From Hormiphora californensis (Eukaryota; Animalia; Ctenophora): a stretch of 64,000 nt of DNA. Of this stretch, positions 10,998-24,600 are shown piece by piece (within the stretch, counting starts at the first letter, position 1; each line of letters opens with the position of its first letter). The translations under genes were made by a program, and so were the position numbers. Under the pieces are notes generated by a model. That model saw nothing but the letters and a program-made list of their open reading frames with translations, did not search any database and was not told where the DNA came from. The stretch is taken from positions 9,610,001 to 9,674,000 of the forward strand of contig CM035351.1 of assembly GCA_020137815.1 (NCBI GenBank), written 5' to 3'.

Positions 10998-13900
10998 ATG
11001 GTTTCTCAGGTTCCTGACTCCATTAACTTCCCGGCTGAGGAGGAAAAAGTGCTAAAGTGAGTTATACACAGCTGGTGTCTCATTATGAAGCTGTTAACTC
11101 AATAACTCCCTCTCACAATTATAATGACCCATACTAACACAATCCCTCTCATCAAGACCCCTATTGTAGTTACATGGTATACCAATCCCCCTCCCCTACA
11201 GGTACTGGGAAGATAACAAGACATTTGAGAGGAGTTTAGAGCAAAGTAAGAAGGCTAAAAGGCCTGCATTTACATTCTATGATGGCCCTCCCTTTGCTAC
11301 CGGTCTCCCTCACTATGGGCATCTTCTGGCTGGTTCAGTTAAAGATATTGTTACCAGGTAATGGTGTTATTCAAACAGCTGCTTCCAACATCCCCACTAT
11401 TATATCCAGTACCCATTCCTGCCTACCCGGCTATGATAGTCTATACCTGAATACCTCCAGGTATGCCCATATGAACGGGTTTCATGTTGATAGAAGGTTT
11501 GGATGGGATTGCCACGGGTTGCCAGTGGAACACGAGATAGATAAGCGTCTCAATATCACAGGACCCCAGGATGTTGCAGCAATGGGGATTGACAAGTACA
11601 ATGCCGAGTGCAGGTCCATTGTAATGAGATATGCAGGGGAGTGGGAGAGTACTGTCAAACGACTGGGAAGGTGGATCGACTTTAAAAATGTAATTATTTC
11701 CTAGAATGCCTTCCTTCAAAGGAAATGCCTTGTCTCTATTTTACATTTAACCCCTCTCCATCTTCCCTAAAGGGCTCTCTATCTCCGATTAACCTCCCTC
11801 TCTCCCACAGGACTACAAGACCCTCTACCCCTGGTTTAACCTCCCCTCTCTCTCACAGGACTACAAGACCCTCTACCCCTGGTTTAACCCCCTGTCTCCC
11901 ACAGGACTACAAGACCCTCTACCCCTGGTTTAACCCCCTGTCTCCCACAGGACTACAAGACCCTCTACCCCTGGTTTAACCCCCTCCCCCTCTCCCGCAG
12001 GACTACAAGACCCTCTACCCCTGGTTTAACCCCCTCCCCCCTACAAGACCCTCTACCCGTGGTTTAACCCCCCCCTCCCCCCTCTCCCACAGGACTACAA
12101 GACTCTCTACCCCTGGTTTAACCCCCTCTCTCCCTACAGGACTACAAGACCCTCTACCCCTGGTTTAACCCCCTCTCTCCCACAGGACTACAAGACTCTC
12201 TACCCCTGGTTTAACCCCCTCTCTCCCTGCAGGACTACAAGACCCTCTACCCCTGGTTTAACCCCCTCTCCCTGCAGGACTACAAGACCCTCTACCCCTG
12301 GTTTAACCCCCTCTCTCCCACAGGACTACAAGACTCTCTACCCCTGGTTTAACCCCCTCTCTCCCTGCAGGACTACAAGACCCTCTACCCCTGGTTTAAC
12401 CCCCTCTCCCTGCAGGACTACAAGACCCTCTACCCGTGGTTTAACCCCCTCTCTCCCACAGGACTACAAGACTCTCTACCCCTGGTTTAACCCCCTCTCT
12501 CCCTGCAGGACTACAAGACCCTCTACCCCTGGTTTAACCCCCCCCCCTCTCCCACAGGACTACAAGACCCTCTACCCCTGGTTTAACCCCCTCCCCTCTC
12601 CCACAGGACTACAAGACCCTCTACCCCTGGTTTAACCCCTCTCTCTCCCTGCAGGACTACAAGACCCTCTACCCCTGGTTTAACCCCCTCTCTCCCACAG
12701 GACTACAAGACCCTCTACCCCTGGTTTAACCCCCTCTCTCCCACAGGACTACAAGACCCTCTACCCGTGGTTCATGGAGAGTGTTTGGTGGGTTTGGTCC
12801 CAGCTGTTCGCTAAGGGTCTGGTATACAGGGGTTACAAAGTGATGCCCTACTCAACTGCCTGTGCCACGCCCCTCTCTAACTTTGAAGTGAATTTGAACT
12901 ACCAAGATGTCACAGACCCGGCTGTTATTGTTAGTTTCCCCTGTGACCAGGAACCAGGTGTCAGTCTCATAGCATGGACCACCACCCCCTGGACACTGCC
13001 TAGTAACCTGGCTCTGTGTGTTAACCCTGAGATGGTATATGTGAAGGTGGCTGACAAGACCCGGGACGGTGCTAAGTTCATTCTGATGGAGGCCCGGCTC
13101 TGTGCACTCTACAAGAGTGAGGAGGAGTATGAGATACTGGATAGGTTCCCTGGTAAGAAGCTGGCAGGTCTCACCTACACCCCTCTCTTCCCCTACCTGG
13201 CTGGTGAGATGAAGAGTGCCTTCAAGGTGTGTCTGGATGGGTATGTTACTAGTGATAGTGGTACCGGTATTGTTCACCAGGCCCCTGCATTTGGAGAGGA
13301 CGATTACAGGGTGTGTCTAGCTAATGGGGTCTTCAAGAAGGGTCAGGAGCCTGCTATCTGCCCAATCGATGCCTCTGGGAAGTTCACCCCAGTAGTATCA
13401 GACTTTGCAGGACAGTACGTGAAGGATGCAGATAAGCATATTATAAAGCATCTCAAGGGGACAGGAAGGATGGTACATGCAGGCACTGTGAACCATAGTT
13501 ACCCATTCTGTTGGAGATCTGACACCCCCCTCCTGTACCGAGTTATCCCTGGATGGTTTATCAAGGTCACTGCCCTCAGGGAGAAGTTGCTAGCTAACAA
13601 TGATAAGAGTTACTGGGTACCTGAGTTTGTCAAGGAGAAGAGGTTCAGGAACTGGTTGGCAGATTGCCGAGACTGGTCTGTCAGTAGAAACAGATATTGG
13701 GGTACACCCATCCCTCTGTGGGTGAGTGATGATGGGGAGGAGGTGGTGTGTGTGGGGAGTATTGAGGAGCTACAGACCCTCTCAGGGGTTGCAGTGTCTG
13801 ACCTACATAGGGAGAGTATCGACCACATCACCATCCCGTCTAAATGTGGTAAGGGCACTCTGAAGCGTGTTCCTGAGGTGTTTGATTGTTGGTTTGAGAG

Positions 13901-15783
13901 TGGTAGTATGCCTTACGCCCAACAACACTACCCCTTCTCTGGAACAACTGAATTTCGAGAGCAAGTTCCCGGCAGATTTCATTGCAGAGGGAGTTGACCA
14001 GACTAGAGGGTGGTTCTACACCCTGCTAGTTATCTCTACTGCACTCTTTGATAAACCTCCCTTCAAGAATCTCATAGTGACGGGGCTAGTACTGGCTGGG
14101 GATGGTAAGAAAATGTCAAAGAGGCTGAAGAACTACCCTGATCCGGTGGAACTAATGAACAAGTACGGATCAGATTCCATCAGGCTATATCTCATTGATT
14201 CCCCTGTTGTGAGAGCTGATACCCTGAAATTCAAAGAGGAGGGGGTAAAGGGGGTATTGAAGGATGTCCTACTACCCTGGTTCAACGCTTACAGGTTCCT
14301 CATCCAGAATATAGTGCGGCTAGAGCAAGAGGAGGGGAGGAAGTTCGTGTATGAGGGAGATGCTCTGAGTGGGAATGTGATGGATAAATGGATCCTCTCT
14401 TACACTCACTCTCTCATTGAGTTTGTAGAGGTGGAGATGGCTGCATACCGGTTATACACGGTGGTACCCCGTCTAATCAAGTTCATAGAGAACCTGACTA
14501 ACTGGTATGTGCGGTTAAACAGGCCCCGTATCAGGGGTGAGATGGGTGTAGAGGAGTGTGAGGCGAGTGTGAACACCCTCTTCTCAGTCCTCCTGACTAT
14601 GATCAGACTAATGGCTCCCTTCACTCCCTTCCTAACGGAGACCATGTACCAGAACCTCAAACAGGCCATACACCCCAAGTTCTTTAGTGGGGAGGATGAC
14701 TCCATACACTTCCTGATGCTCCCCAAGTTTGATAGTAGCAAGATAGACAGGGAGATAGAGAGGAGGGTGGCTACAATGCAGTCTGTTATTGAGACTGGCA
14801 GGCTACTCCGGGACCGCAACACCCTGCCCATCAAGTACCCTCTAAAGGAGGTGGTACTAGTTGATGTAGATACTACCGTCCTATCTGATGCTCAGTCTCT
14901 AGAGAGCTATATAGTAGGGGAACTGAATGTGAGGAAGCTCACTGTCTCTAGTGACAAGGCCAAGTATGCTGTACAGCTGACTGCTAAACCCAACCACATG
15001 CTCCTTGGAAAGAGGCTGAAGGGTGATTTCAAGAAGGTCAGTGCAGCTATAGTGGCTCTCAATGATGTGGAGTTGAGTGAGATGAAGGAGACTGGAGAGA
15101 GGGAGATCTGTGGGCATGTGATCCAGTTTGATGAGCTCCATGTTGGGTATGAGGTGAAGGGAGCTGAGGGAGGTCAGTATGCAGCTGCTGCTGAGAACAA
15201 TGTACTAATCCTACTGGACTGTACCACTGACCAGGAGCTAATGGATGAGGGTCTAGCGAGGGAGGTTGTTAACAGAGTCCAGAAGTTGAGGAAGAAGGCT
15301 AAACTGGTACCCACTGACAAGATTACTGTTTACTATACCATCAAGGGTAAAGCAGGAGATCTAGTTAGGGTTGTGGGCAGTCAGAAGGATCTGATAGAGA
15401 CCTCCCTCAAGTCATCCTTCCTGGGTGACACCCCCTCTGGAACTACTGTTATAGAGGAGGAGGTGGATGTTAAAGGTACTAAGATGGTCCTAACTCTCGT
15501 TGGAGATCGCCCTGTAGCCCCTGGATTAGTGGTCCAGTGGCCGGGATCTGGCCGCCCTTCTGGACCCTACCTGAGTGTGTCCTATAACGGGCAGACTAAA
15601 GACCTGCTCCTGGCCCCATCTGGTGCTGCTCCCCTCACCGCCATGGAACTAGAGATGGAAGTGAAGATCCTGTTCGATCTGTTTGGGCGCAACATCTCCC
15701 TCTCTCAGGGCGGATCTCAACTCAAGATTAGTGAGCGAGATTTGAGTCAGCTTAATGGACAAACTGTGACCGTGTCAGCCTAG
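10998..15783 (+). CDS. IARS1: Cytoplasmic isoleucyl-tRNA synthetase (one apparent 1-nt frameshift near 13950)
   Basis: [71 protein letters not shown]. Confidence 0.97.
11788..12772 (+). repeat. ~21 x 45-49-bp tandem copies of a 3' splice site + first 26 nt of exon (IARS1 intron 11690-12746)
   Basis: Unit ttaacccc(ct)ncccacag|GACTACAAGACCCTCTACCCCTGG. Only the last copy reads [15 protein letters not shown]. Confidence 0.95.
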
Positions 15784-15961
15784 ATAGTTTATCAATATAT
15801 ATATATCCGGGGATTTAGGTTTTAATATGATGCACTGTCACTATACTCATTTTAGGAGTTTTATTTGAGGTTTTTTTGACTACAAGATTCTGTGTTTTAT
15901 TCTTGTCTCTATACCCCCTCCCCCAACTAACCAATAACTAAATCCTCTCCTTTATAGTTGG

Positions 15962-17060
15962 ATGTTACGGCGGTGTAACATTGAGAACTGTGCCATACCG
16001 GTATGGTACCAGCACTTCCGCCCCATCACATTTGAGACCCTGTTTGTTCACCTCACCCCCGACTTCCTGACCTATCTACAGGCGGATAAAGTGGTGTTGC
16101 CAGCATCCCTCCTACCTCCCCAGCCTCCCAAGCAGCAAACCGAGTCAGACAGTGAGGTGATTACTCCATATAAGGGCATATATTGTGATACTGTCTTTAG
16201 TTAAGCATTGAATGACCCCAGCAGTCTCCACCACTATCTAACCCCATGCCCCCGTGTAGGAAGAAGAGGATGATGAAGAGTGGGACGAGGCACCCACAGA
16301 GGCCCAACCCAACTTCCCAGACCTAGAGGAGCTAGTGAGGCAGGCTATTGACCGGCTGGGTGGGGAGGTATTCATCAAGTTGAACTGGTCAGCCCCTAAA
16401 GATGCTAACTGGATGTTGCACGATGGTACACTCTGCTGTAGGTGCCCCCTGGATGTTATACTGCTGTTGAAGGGGAGTGAGTTCGTACAACATGACCTCC
16501 ACCAGGCCTTTATTGAGTGTAGTGATGGACAATACGAGGTACCCAGGGGTGGGTTCACTCTGGCCCTCAGAAGGTGGGAGAACCTCACCCCTTCAGGGGA
16601 GTTCCGTCTATTTGTAAGGAACAACAGTCTGCTGGCTGTTAGCCAGAGACACCACCGACAATACCTGCCCTCTGTGGTCCAGGACCGAGTTAACATTCTA
16701 AATGACATGCAGCAATTCTTCTTCAACTATCTCCAGGGGAGGTTCCCAGACCCTGACTATGTGGTAGATGTATACCGTGCTGCCCCTCACAGAGTCATCC
16801 TGGTAGATTTCAACCCCTTCTCCAGGGTGACCGACCCCCTCCTGTTTACCTGGTCTGAACTGAACACCCTGGCCCCTGATGCAGCCCCCTCCCTAAAGGT
16901 GGTAGAGGATGAGGGTCTGAAGGGGCACCCCTACAGTGAGAACAGGGTCCCTCAGGAGGTAGTGAATGTGGGAAATCAGCAGGAGATCAATGATTTTGTT
17001 AGACTGTTTAACAATGGACGATTCACACAGCAGGGTGACACTGATGATGAGGATTTGTGA
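15962..17060 (+). CDS. CDC123: Cell division cycle 123 (D123 family ATP-grasp, eIF2 assembly factor), 2 exons
   Basis: VFIKLNWSAPKDANW, LLLKGSEFVQHDL, EFRLFVR..LAVSQR, LVDFNPF. Confidence 0.93.
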
Positions 17061-17484
17061 TACTGAGTGACACGGGGTGACACTGACAGCTAGGGGGTGT
17101 CAGGTTTTGTTCCAGACAATGTGGGAATGTGATACTGGGACACAAGTGGGAAATGTGAGAAGGTGTGTATGTTGTGTATAGAGAGAGATCAGACTGTGAA
17201 GTGGCAGTGAACTGAATCCTTCTCTTTCACCAGGAATTCTGGGATTCGCATTTTATAGACTCTCTCAGAGCCTGTATCATTTTAACTGTCTTTTTGTTGA
17301 AAAGAGAACTCTAAGCAGAGAATGTTTTTAATGTTGAAGAAGAAATCCAGACAGTTTATTTCCCCTGACTAGTAGTTGTGTAGATCTTCTTTTGCTTCTG
17401 TGAAAATATAAATATATGCAACTATTTGACTTCTTACCCAATTTTTAATTTGCTTGTTTGATATTTAGTCCCCTGGTTGGTAGA

Positions 17485-18501
17485 ATGGTTCGTAGTGGAC
17501 AGCTGGAACTGTATGTCCGGGTCCCATCACGAGATATAACCCCTGAACAGCTTACCAATTTCGTCCAGGTGCATTCAACAGCTACACTCTCTCTCTAATC
17601 ACTGCTCCCTTTTACACACCGGCACCCACTTTCCCACTAATACAAGATCACCCGTCGCCCTTGTTGGGTAAGGGGTCACCCATCAGTCATCACTCAACAA
17701 CGTCGTCCTGTACCACCACACTAGACAGTCTGAACACCCCTTCCGTGTAGAATCTGGAACACACCCCTACTATAAGATACACTAAATCTCCCTCTCTCCC
17801 ACTAACCACCCCTGGGACACCCCCTCTCTCCCACTAACCACCCCTGGAACACCCCCTCTCTTCCACTAAACACCCCTGGGACACCCCCTCTCTCCCACTA
17901 ACCACCCCTGTATCACCCCCTCTCTCCCACTAACCACCCCTGGAACACCCCCTTTCTCCCACTAACCACCCCTGGGACACCCCCTCTCTCCCACTAACCA
18001 CCCCTGGGACACCCCCTCTCTTCCACTAAACACCCCTGGAACACCCCCTTTCTCCCACTAACCACCCCTGGGACACCCCCTCTCTTCCACTAAACACCCC
18101 TGGGACACCCCCCCCCCCCCCCACAAAACCTGGAACACCCCCTACTTTCAGCTGCAGTTTGGGTGTGACGTGGAGGTGATGTATTGGAATAATAAGAAAG
18201 CGCCAGGACACGCTGAAACAACATTCTGCTTTGTGAGGTGTCGCAATAAACACGAAATGGACCTTCTAATTAGGTACTGGTAACTGGATATTAATTAGTA
18301 TAGTCCCTCTTAGATTCCTGTTAAGTGATACTATGTCAGAGCATTGGCCTGACAGGTGATACGTTCCCCACCTCCCCCAATACTACAGTATAATATGACT
18401 GGTTTAACAGCTGTTGTTTCAGGGACATGCACGATTGTATGATGGGACACTGGGAGACGCCCCTGGTGGTCAAGAAGAATAAAGGAAACGCGTGGAGGTA
18501 G
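17485..18501 (+). CDS. Small putative RRM-fold protein, 3 exons (not in ORF track)
   Basis: Manual splicing gives MVRSGQLELYVRVPSRDITPEQLTNFVQ|LQFGCDVEVMYWNNKKAPGHAETTFCFVRCRNKHEMDLLIR|DMHDCMMGHWETPLVVKKNKGNAWR*. It has RNP2-like LYVRV and RNP1-like TFCFVRC, and the GT-AG phases are consistent. Confidence 0.5.
17755..18145 (+). repeat. ~11 x ~33-bp intronic minisatellite directly upstream of an acceptor
   Basis: Unit ccccctctctcccactaaccacccctgggacac contains CTAAC; the array ends at cctactttcag. Confidence 0.9.
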
Positions 18502-18697
18502 CAATTGTCTCAATATGTGGTGAGTTAAAAACTGAATATCAAGTTACCTGGGACATATTTTACATCAATTCATTCTCCACCCGTTTATCTCTACAGCTTA
18601 TATTGTCTAATGTGTGGTCCTCCAATCTCCATCATTGTTTGCACTTTCTATTTGGTTAGCTGGTGTCATCCCGGCCAGCTCTCTCTCTCTCTCTCTC

Positions 18698-21600
18698 TCA
18701 ACTAGCACTCATCTCCAGTTTCTTTATCGTTTTCCGTAGCATTATTTCCTGTTCCTCCAGTTCCATCCTCAGTTCCGTGTGTACATCACTAGCTCTCTGT
18801 GGTGTACCTCCGTGACTGAACTCAGAGGCCCCATCAGTACCGGGTGGGCCACCTCCAGTCAGATCTCTAACGGTCTGGATGATTTGTTTAGTAACACCCT
18901 TTACACTACTGTCAGTCTCTACCTCCGGTCCCACGTCATCTACTGTCTCTCCCTCTATATAGACTATCCTGGGAGAGAAGTTCTTCTTGATATATGATAG
19001 GAAGGTCTCCCTTCTCTTGAAGGCCAGCTTCCTCTCCATCCCCACTATAGTCTCTGCTTTCTGCAGGGCTGCAACCTCCACTGCTTTGTAGTAGATTCTC
19101 TAATGAGAGAGGGGGGGGGGGTCAGTTAATAGTGTGTATTATATTGAGACTACATGACGTGGTGTGTCATTATACCCACCCACGCACCTGAAAGGTGTCC
19201 GATACTAGAGCGATGAACAGGTTCAGTAGAATTATAGCTGAGGCCATCAACCAGTACGCCACAAGGAAGTCCAGCCAACTCTCTGGGATTTGGGCCTGTA
19301 CAGGGGGACTGTTAGAAAGTGTGCACTGTGCATGTGTGTGTGTGTGTGTGTGTGATTGTGTACAGGGGGACTGTTAAAGAGGTGTGTGTGTGATTGTGTA
19401 GAGGGAGAGGTGTGTGACTAACATACATAGAAGGAGAGAAGTGTGTGATTGTTTGCCTGGTTAGACTGTGTTTCGGGCGCCGCGCCCCCGAATCACAAAT
19501 GTAAAAGGAGGATTAGAACATAACAAGTGATTGTGCAATGTACCGTTTCACAGTATGTTAGAAGATCATCATATGCGTAGTCGTCCACGAGCATCATTCT
19601 GAATACAGTGAACGCTAGGGAGACTATCGTACTGTAGTCGTCTATCCCTGAGTCACCTGTAGAAATGGTAGAGTTATTAAACAGCGAGAGAGGGTAGAGT
19701 GGGTGTGGTAGTATAATACATACTGAAGAACTGCCAGAAGACACAGACAGCAGGGACGTATAGGATGCAGAATATGAAGGTTATCTTGAACATGTCTCCA
19801 AAGCTGCTACTGATGATCACTACAAAGGGCCCCATCATTTCAAACACCTGTGAAGGGGGAGTTAGTACTTTCGTGTGAAGAGAGGGAGGGAGAGTTACTA
19901 GTTGTCAAGAGAGGGGGGATAGTAGCTTAGGGGGTGTACTGCAGCAGAAAGGGTTGTTGTTTTGAGTACCTGTGAAACTCTACTTCCTGGACATTATTGA
20001 TTATATATATGTTGCATGTCTCCTTTTACTAAATATGTATTGCGTGCCCTTACCTTTAGATATTTGAATAGTTTCATCCAGGCCATTATGATGCCAATAC
20101 AAAGCATCATGGACTTCCATAGTCGCACCTCGATGAAGAATTCGGACGTGTGTTCTGAAATCAACCTGTGGGGATCAGGGAGTGCTTGTTATACTACTAG
20201 TTGGTCTTGCTACAACCTCTATAACGGGATAACTTTACCTGTCTAGAAATAGTAGGAGGAATGCAAAGGACATGACAAATATGAAGATCCAATCATAAAC
20301 ATTCCAGAAGTCACTCCAATAGGAGCTCTTTGCCTTCAGCACACTTCTCTCCATATCTTCTAGGTAGTCCTTCTCGTCACTGTTCTCTGGCATTACAACG
20401 TACCTATATTAGGAGGTAGATACAAGACCTAGTAACACTAGACCTAATAATTGGGAGGGGAGACACACACATACTTTAGATCGCTTTGTATTTGGTTTAG
20501 TTTCCATGTTTTCCACTCAGCATGGTCTCGGTATCCTCCTACCAACTCCATCATCTCCTCCCCTAGCTGGATAGCAAACAGCAGCTGTATGTGAGGGGGA
20601 GTGGTGTTAGGGAAACAGCAGCTGTATGGGGGGGGGAGTGTTGTTAGGGAAACAGCAGCTGTATGTGAGGGGGAGTGTTGTTAGGGAAAGAGCAGCTGTA
20701 TGTGAGGGGGAGTGTTGTTAGGGAGGGGGGGGGGGGTAATGGCGGGGCCTGTTTAGATGTTCCTAACACACTTACAGCTGATATAACTCCAATAATATCG
20801 CTTGCTAGTGGGCTCTTATCGTCCACAAAGGTTTTCACTATGAGCAGAGAGCTCCAGAGAAGCAGTGTGAAGAAGTAGATCAACAGCTCATAGATACACC
20901 CAAATATACCAAACTGACTCCACTTAACCTTTATCATCTCCTTTATAACAGGGTGATTCACCAACACCTATAACATTGTACACATATAACGGGGTCTTAT
21001 AATAATAGCAATACACCCACATACACCATACCTGGTTTTCAGTATTCACTACCTCCTCTAACACACTAGGGCTGGGGAAGCTCGCTCCCTCCTCTCCTAG
21101 CAGGCTGGGTTCCAGATAATTCAAATAGTAGAATTCCTGTTGTCATGGTTGCAGTATTAGTATGATGTGGCCAATTAGCCCCCCCCTCCTCAATTACCTG
21201 CCGTGTTGTTTTATTGAACTTGTAGAACTGGTCGAGCCCCTTTACAGCCACGTCAGGCATGTTTCTTATCATAGCACACACGGGGTGGTAGCCTGTATAG
21301 TCCAACACCTAGTAATATATAATGTCAGGCATGTTTCTTATCATAGCACACACAGGGTGGTAGCCTGTATAGTCCAGCACCTAGTAATATATAATGTGAG
21401 GCATGTTTCTTATCATAGCACACACGGGGTGGTAGCCTGTATAGTCCAGCACCTAGTAATATATAATGTCAGGCATGTTTCTTATCATAGCACACACGGG
21501 GTGGTAGCCTGTATAGTCCAGCACCTAGTAATATATAATGTCAGGCATGTTTCTTATCATAGCACACACGGGGTGGTAGCCTGTATAGTCCAGCACCTAG

Positions 21601-24600
21601 TGATATATAATGTCAGGCATGTTTCTTATCATAGCACACACAGGGTGGTAGCCTGTATAGTCCAGCACCTAGTGATATATAATGTCAGGCATGTTTCTTA
21701 TCATAGCACACACTGGGTGGTAGCCTGTATAGTCCAGCACCTAGTGATATGGGGGTTATACCCTCTACTTGCTGTATTGTTATGTTACACAACACTCACC
21801 CAGCCCAGTGTTTTGGCTACAAACATGGTTATTTGAGCTGTTTAAATCCCCCCGTCTAATGTGTGAGATGGGTGTGAGCGGTGTGTACCTTTGCAGAAGC
21901 CCCCATGTCCAATAGAATGCTAGCTGCAACAGATCTATCTAGTTCAGCTGCCACCAATAACGGTGTCCTCCCTCTGTAGTCCTTGGACTCTATATTAGCC
22001 CCTAACTCAACTAGTGCCTGTTGTTGGAAATAGTTAGAACTTGGACTCTATATTAGCCCCTAGCTCAACTAGTGCCTGTTGTTGGAAATAGTTAGAACTT
22101 GGACTCTATATTAGCCCCTAACTCAACTAGTGCCTGTTGTTGGAAATAGTTAGAACTTGGACTCTATATTAGCCCCTAACTCAACTAGTGCCTGTTGTTG
22201 GAAATAGTTAGAACTTGGACTCTATATTAGCCCCTAACTCAACTAGTGCCTGTTGTTGGAAATAGTTAGAACTTGGACTCTATATTAGCCCCTAGCTCAA
22301 CTAGTGCCTGTTGTTGGAAATAGTTAGAACTTGGACTCTATATTAGCCCCTAGCTCAACTAGTGCCTGTTGTTGGAAATAGTTAGAACTTGGACTCTATA
22401 TTAGCCCCTAACTCAACTAGTGCCTGTTGTTGGAAATAGTTAGAACTTGGACTCTATATTAGCCCCTAACTCAACTAGTGCCTGTTGTTGGAAATAGTTA
22501 CACAGCTCTTGTGTTTGTCTGGCCAACAGAAGTCTAATGTTTCCTACCTTGCACGCTCCTGGGGCATCGTTTTTAGCAGCGTAGTGTAGGGGTGTTTGGA
22601 CGTCATTGTGAGTGATTGCCCCATAATCTGCTTTCTCTTCTATTAGGTATCTGTGTGGGATATAATATCCCTGGATTATAACCTGACTAATGAGTTGTCC
22701 CTGATAAATACTGACCCCCCTCCCCACTACCCTCCCTACTGACCCAATGATGTGGTGGTTATCCATTGCAGCCGCCATGTGTAATGGTGTCCTCCCGTGT
22801 TTATCCATAGTATTCATTGCAGCCCCCTTATCCACCAGGAACCTGATGACCTCTAACCCCTCCTCCCTACAAGCAGCGTGCATCACAGTCTTGCCAGCCT
22901 CGTCTTTAGCGTTTATATTAGCTCCTGGATTATTATGTAAGATCCCTAGTTAGATTTGTCTTTAGTCATTGTGTGTTATATAAATCATGGGATTTCAATG
23001 TTTTGTTTTCCCTACCCAGATTCAGCAGCTCAGTTATACGGTCGAATTCCACGTTTACCCCGAGTCTTTTCTGTGTACTGAGAGCTTGAAAGTAGTACAG
23101 CACAGCTAGTTCCTTATCGGGGTTAAATGTGACTGCTAACTCCAGGAATGGCTGTGCCAAGGTGTCTGAGGCAGCTAGAGAGAGGGGTATTGTTGGGTCA
23201 GGGTGTCTGAGGCAGCTAGAGGGAGGGGGTATTGTTGGGTCAGGGTGTCTGAGGCAGCTAGAGGGAGGGGTATTGTTGGGTCAGGGTGTCTGAGGCAGCT
23301 AGAGGGAGGGGGTATTGTTGGGTCAGGGTGTCTGAGGCAGCTAGAGGGAGGGGTATTGTTGGGTCAGGGTGTCTGAGGCAGCTAGAGGGAGGGGTATTGT
23401 TGGGTCAGGGTGTCTGAGGCAGCTAGAGGGAGGGGTATTGTTGGGTCAGGGTGTCTGAGGCAGCTAGAGGGAGGGGTATTGTTGGGTCAGGGTGTCTGAG
23501 GCAGCTAGAGAGAGGGGTATTGTTGGGTCAGGGTGTCTGAGGCAGCTAGAGAGAGGGGTATTGTTGGGTCAGGGTGTCTGAGGCAGCTAGAGGGAGGGGT
23601 ATTGTTGGGTCAGGGTGTCTGAGGCAGCTAGAGGGAGGGGTATTGTTGGGTCAGGGTGTCTGAGGCAGCTAGAGGGAGGGGTATTGTTGGGTCAGGGTGT
23701 CTGAGGCAGCTAGAGGGAGGGGGTATTGTTGGGTCAGGGTGTCTGAGGCAGCTAGAGGGAGGGGTATTGTTGGGTCAGGGTGTCTGAGGCAGCTAGAGGG
23801 AGGGGGTATTGTTGGGTCAGGGTGTCTGAGGCAGCTAGAGGGAGAGGGGGTATTGTTGGGTCAGGGTGTCTGAGGCAGCTAGAGAGAGGGGTATTGTTGG
23901 GTCAGGGTGTCTGAGGCAGCTAGAGGGAGGGGTATTGTTGGGTCAGGGTGTCTGAGGCAGCTAGAGGGAGGGGTATTGTTGGGTCAGGGTGTCTGAGGCA
24001 GCTAGAGGGAGGGGTATTGTTGGGTCAGGGTGTCTGAGGCAGCTAGAGGGAGGGGTATTGTTGGGTCAGGGTGTCTGAGGCAGCTAGAGGGAGGGGGTAT
24101 TGTTGGGTCAGGGTGTCTGAGGCAGCTAGAGGGAGGGGGTATTGTTGGGTCAGGGTGTCTGAGGCAGCTAGAGAGAGGGGGTATTGTTGGGTCAGGGTGT
24201 CTGAGGCAGCTAGAGGGAGGGGTATTGTTGGGTCAGGGTGTCTGAGGCAGCTAGAGGGAGGGGGTATTGTTGGGTCAGGGTGTGTGAGGCAGCTAGAGGG
24301 AGGAGGTATTGTTGGGTCAGGGTGTCTGAGGCAGCTAGAGGGAGGGGTATTGTTGGGCCAAGGTGTCTGAGGCAGCTAGAGGGAGGGGGTATTGTTGGGT
24401 CAGGGTGTCTGAGGCAGCTAGAGGGAGGGGGTATTGTTGGGTCAGGGTGTCTGAGGCAGCTAGAGGGAGGGGTATTGTTGGGTCAGGGTGTCTGAGGCAG
24501 CTAGAGGGAGGGGGTATTGTTTGGTCAGGGTGTCTGAGGCAGCTAGAGAGAGGGGTATTGTTGGGTCAGGGTGTCTGAGGCAGCTAGAGGGAGGGGGTAT

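Noticed and set aside
11788-12772. CRISPR-like appearance of regularly spaced repeats (also 23161-24771 and 56848-58007)
   Set aside because: No unique spacers, no cas genes, eukaryotic context. The units are copies of local splice junctions.
21162-21836. 224-aa + strand repeat ORF
   Set aside because: Antisense reading of the 72-bp acceptor array in the TRP gene.
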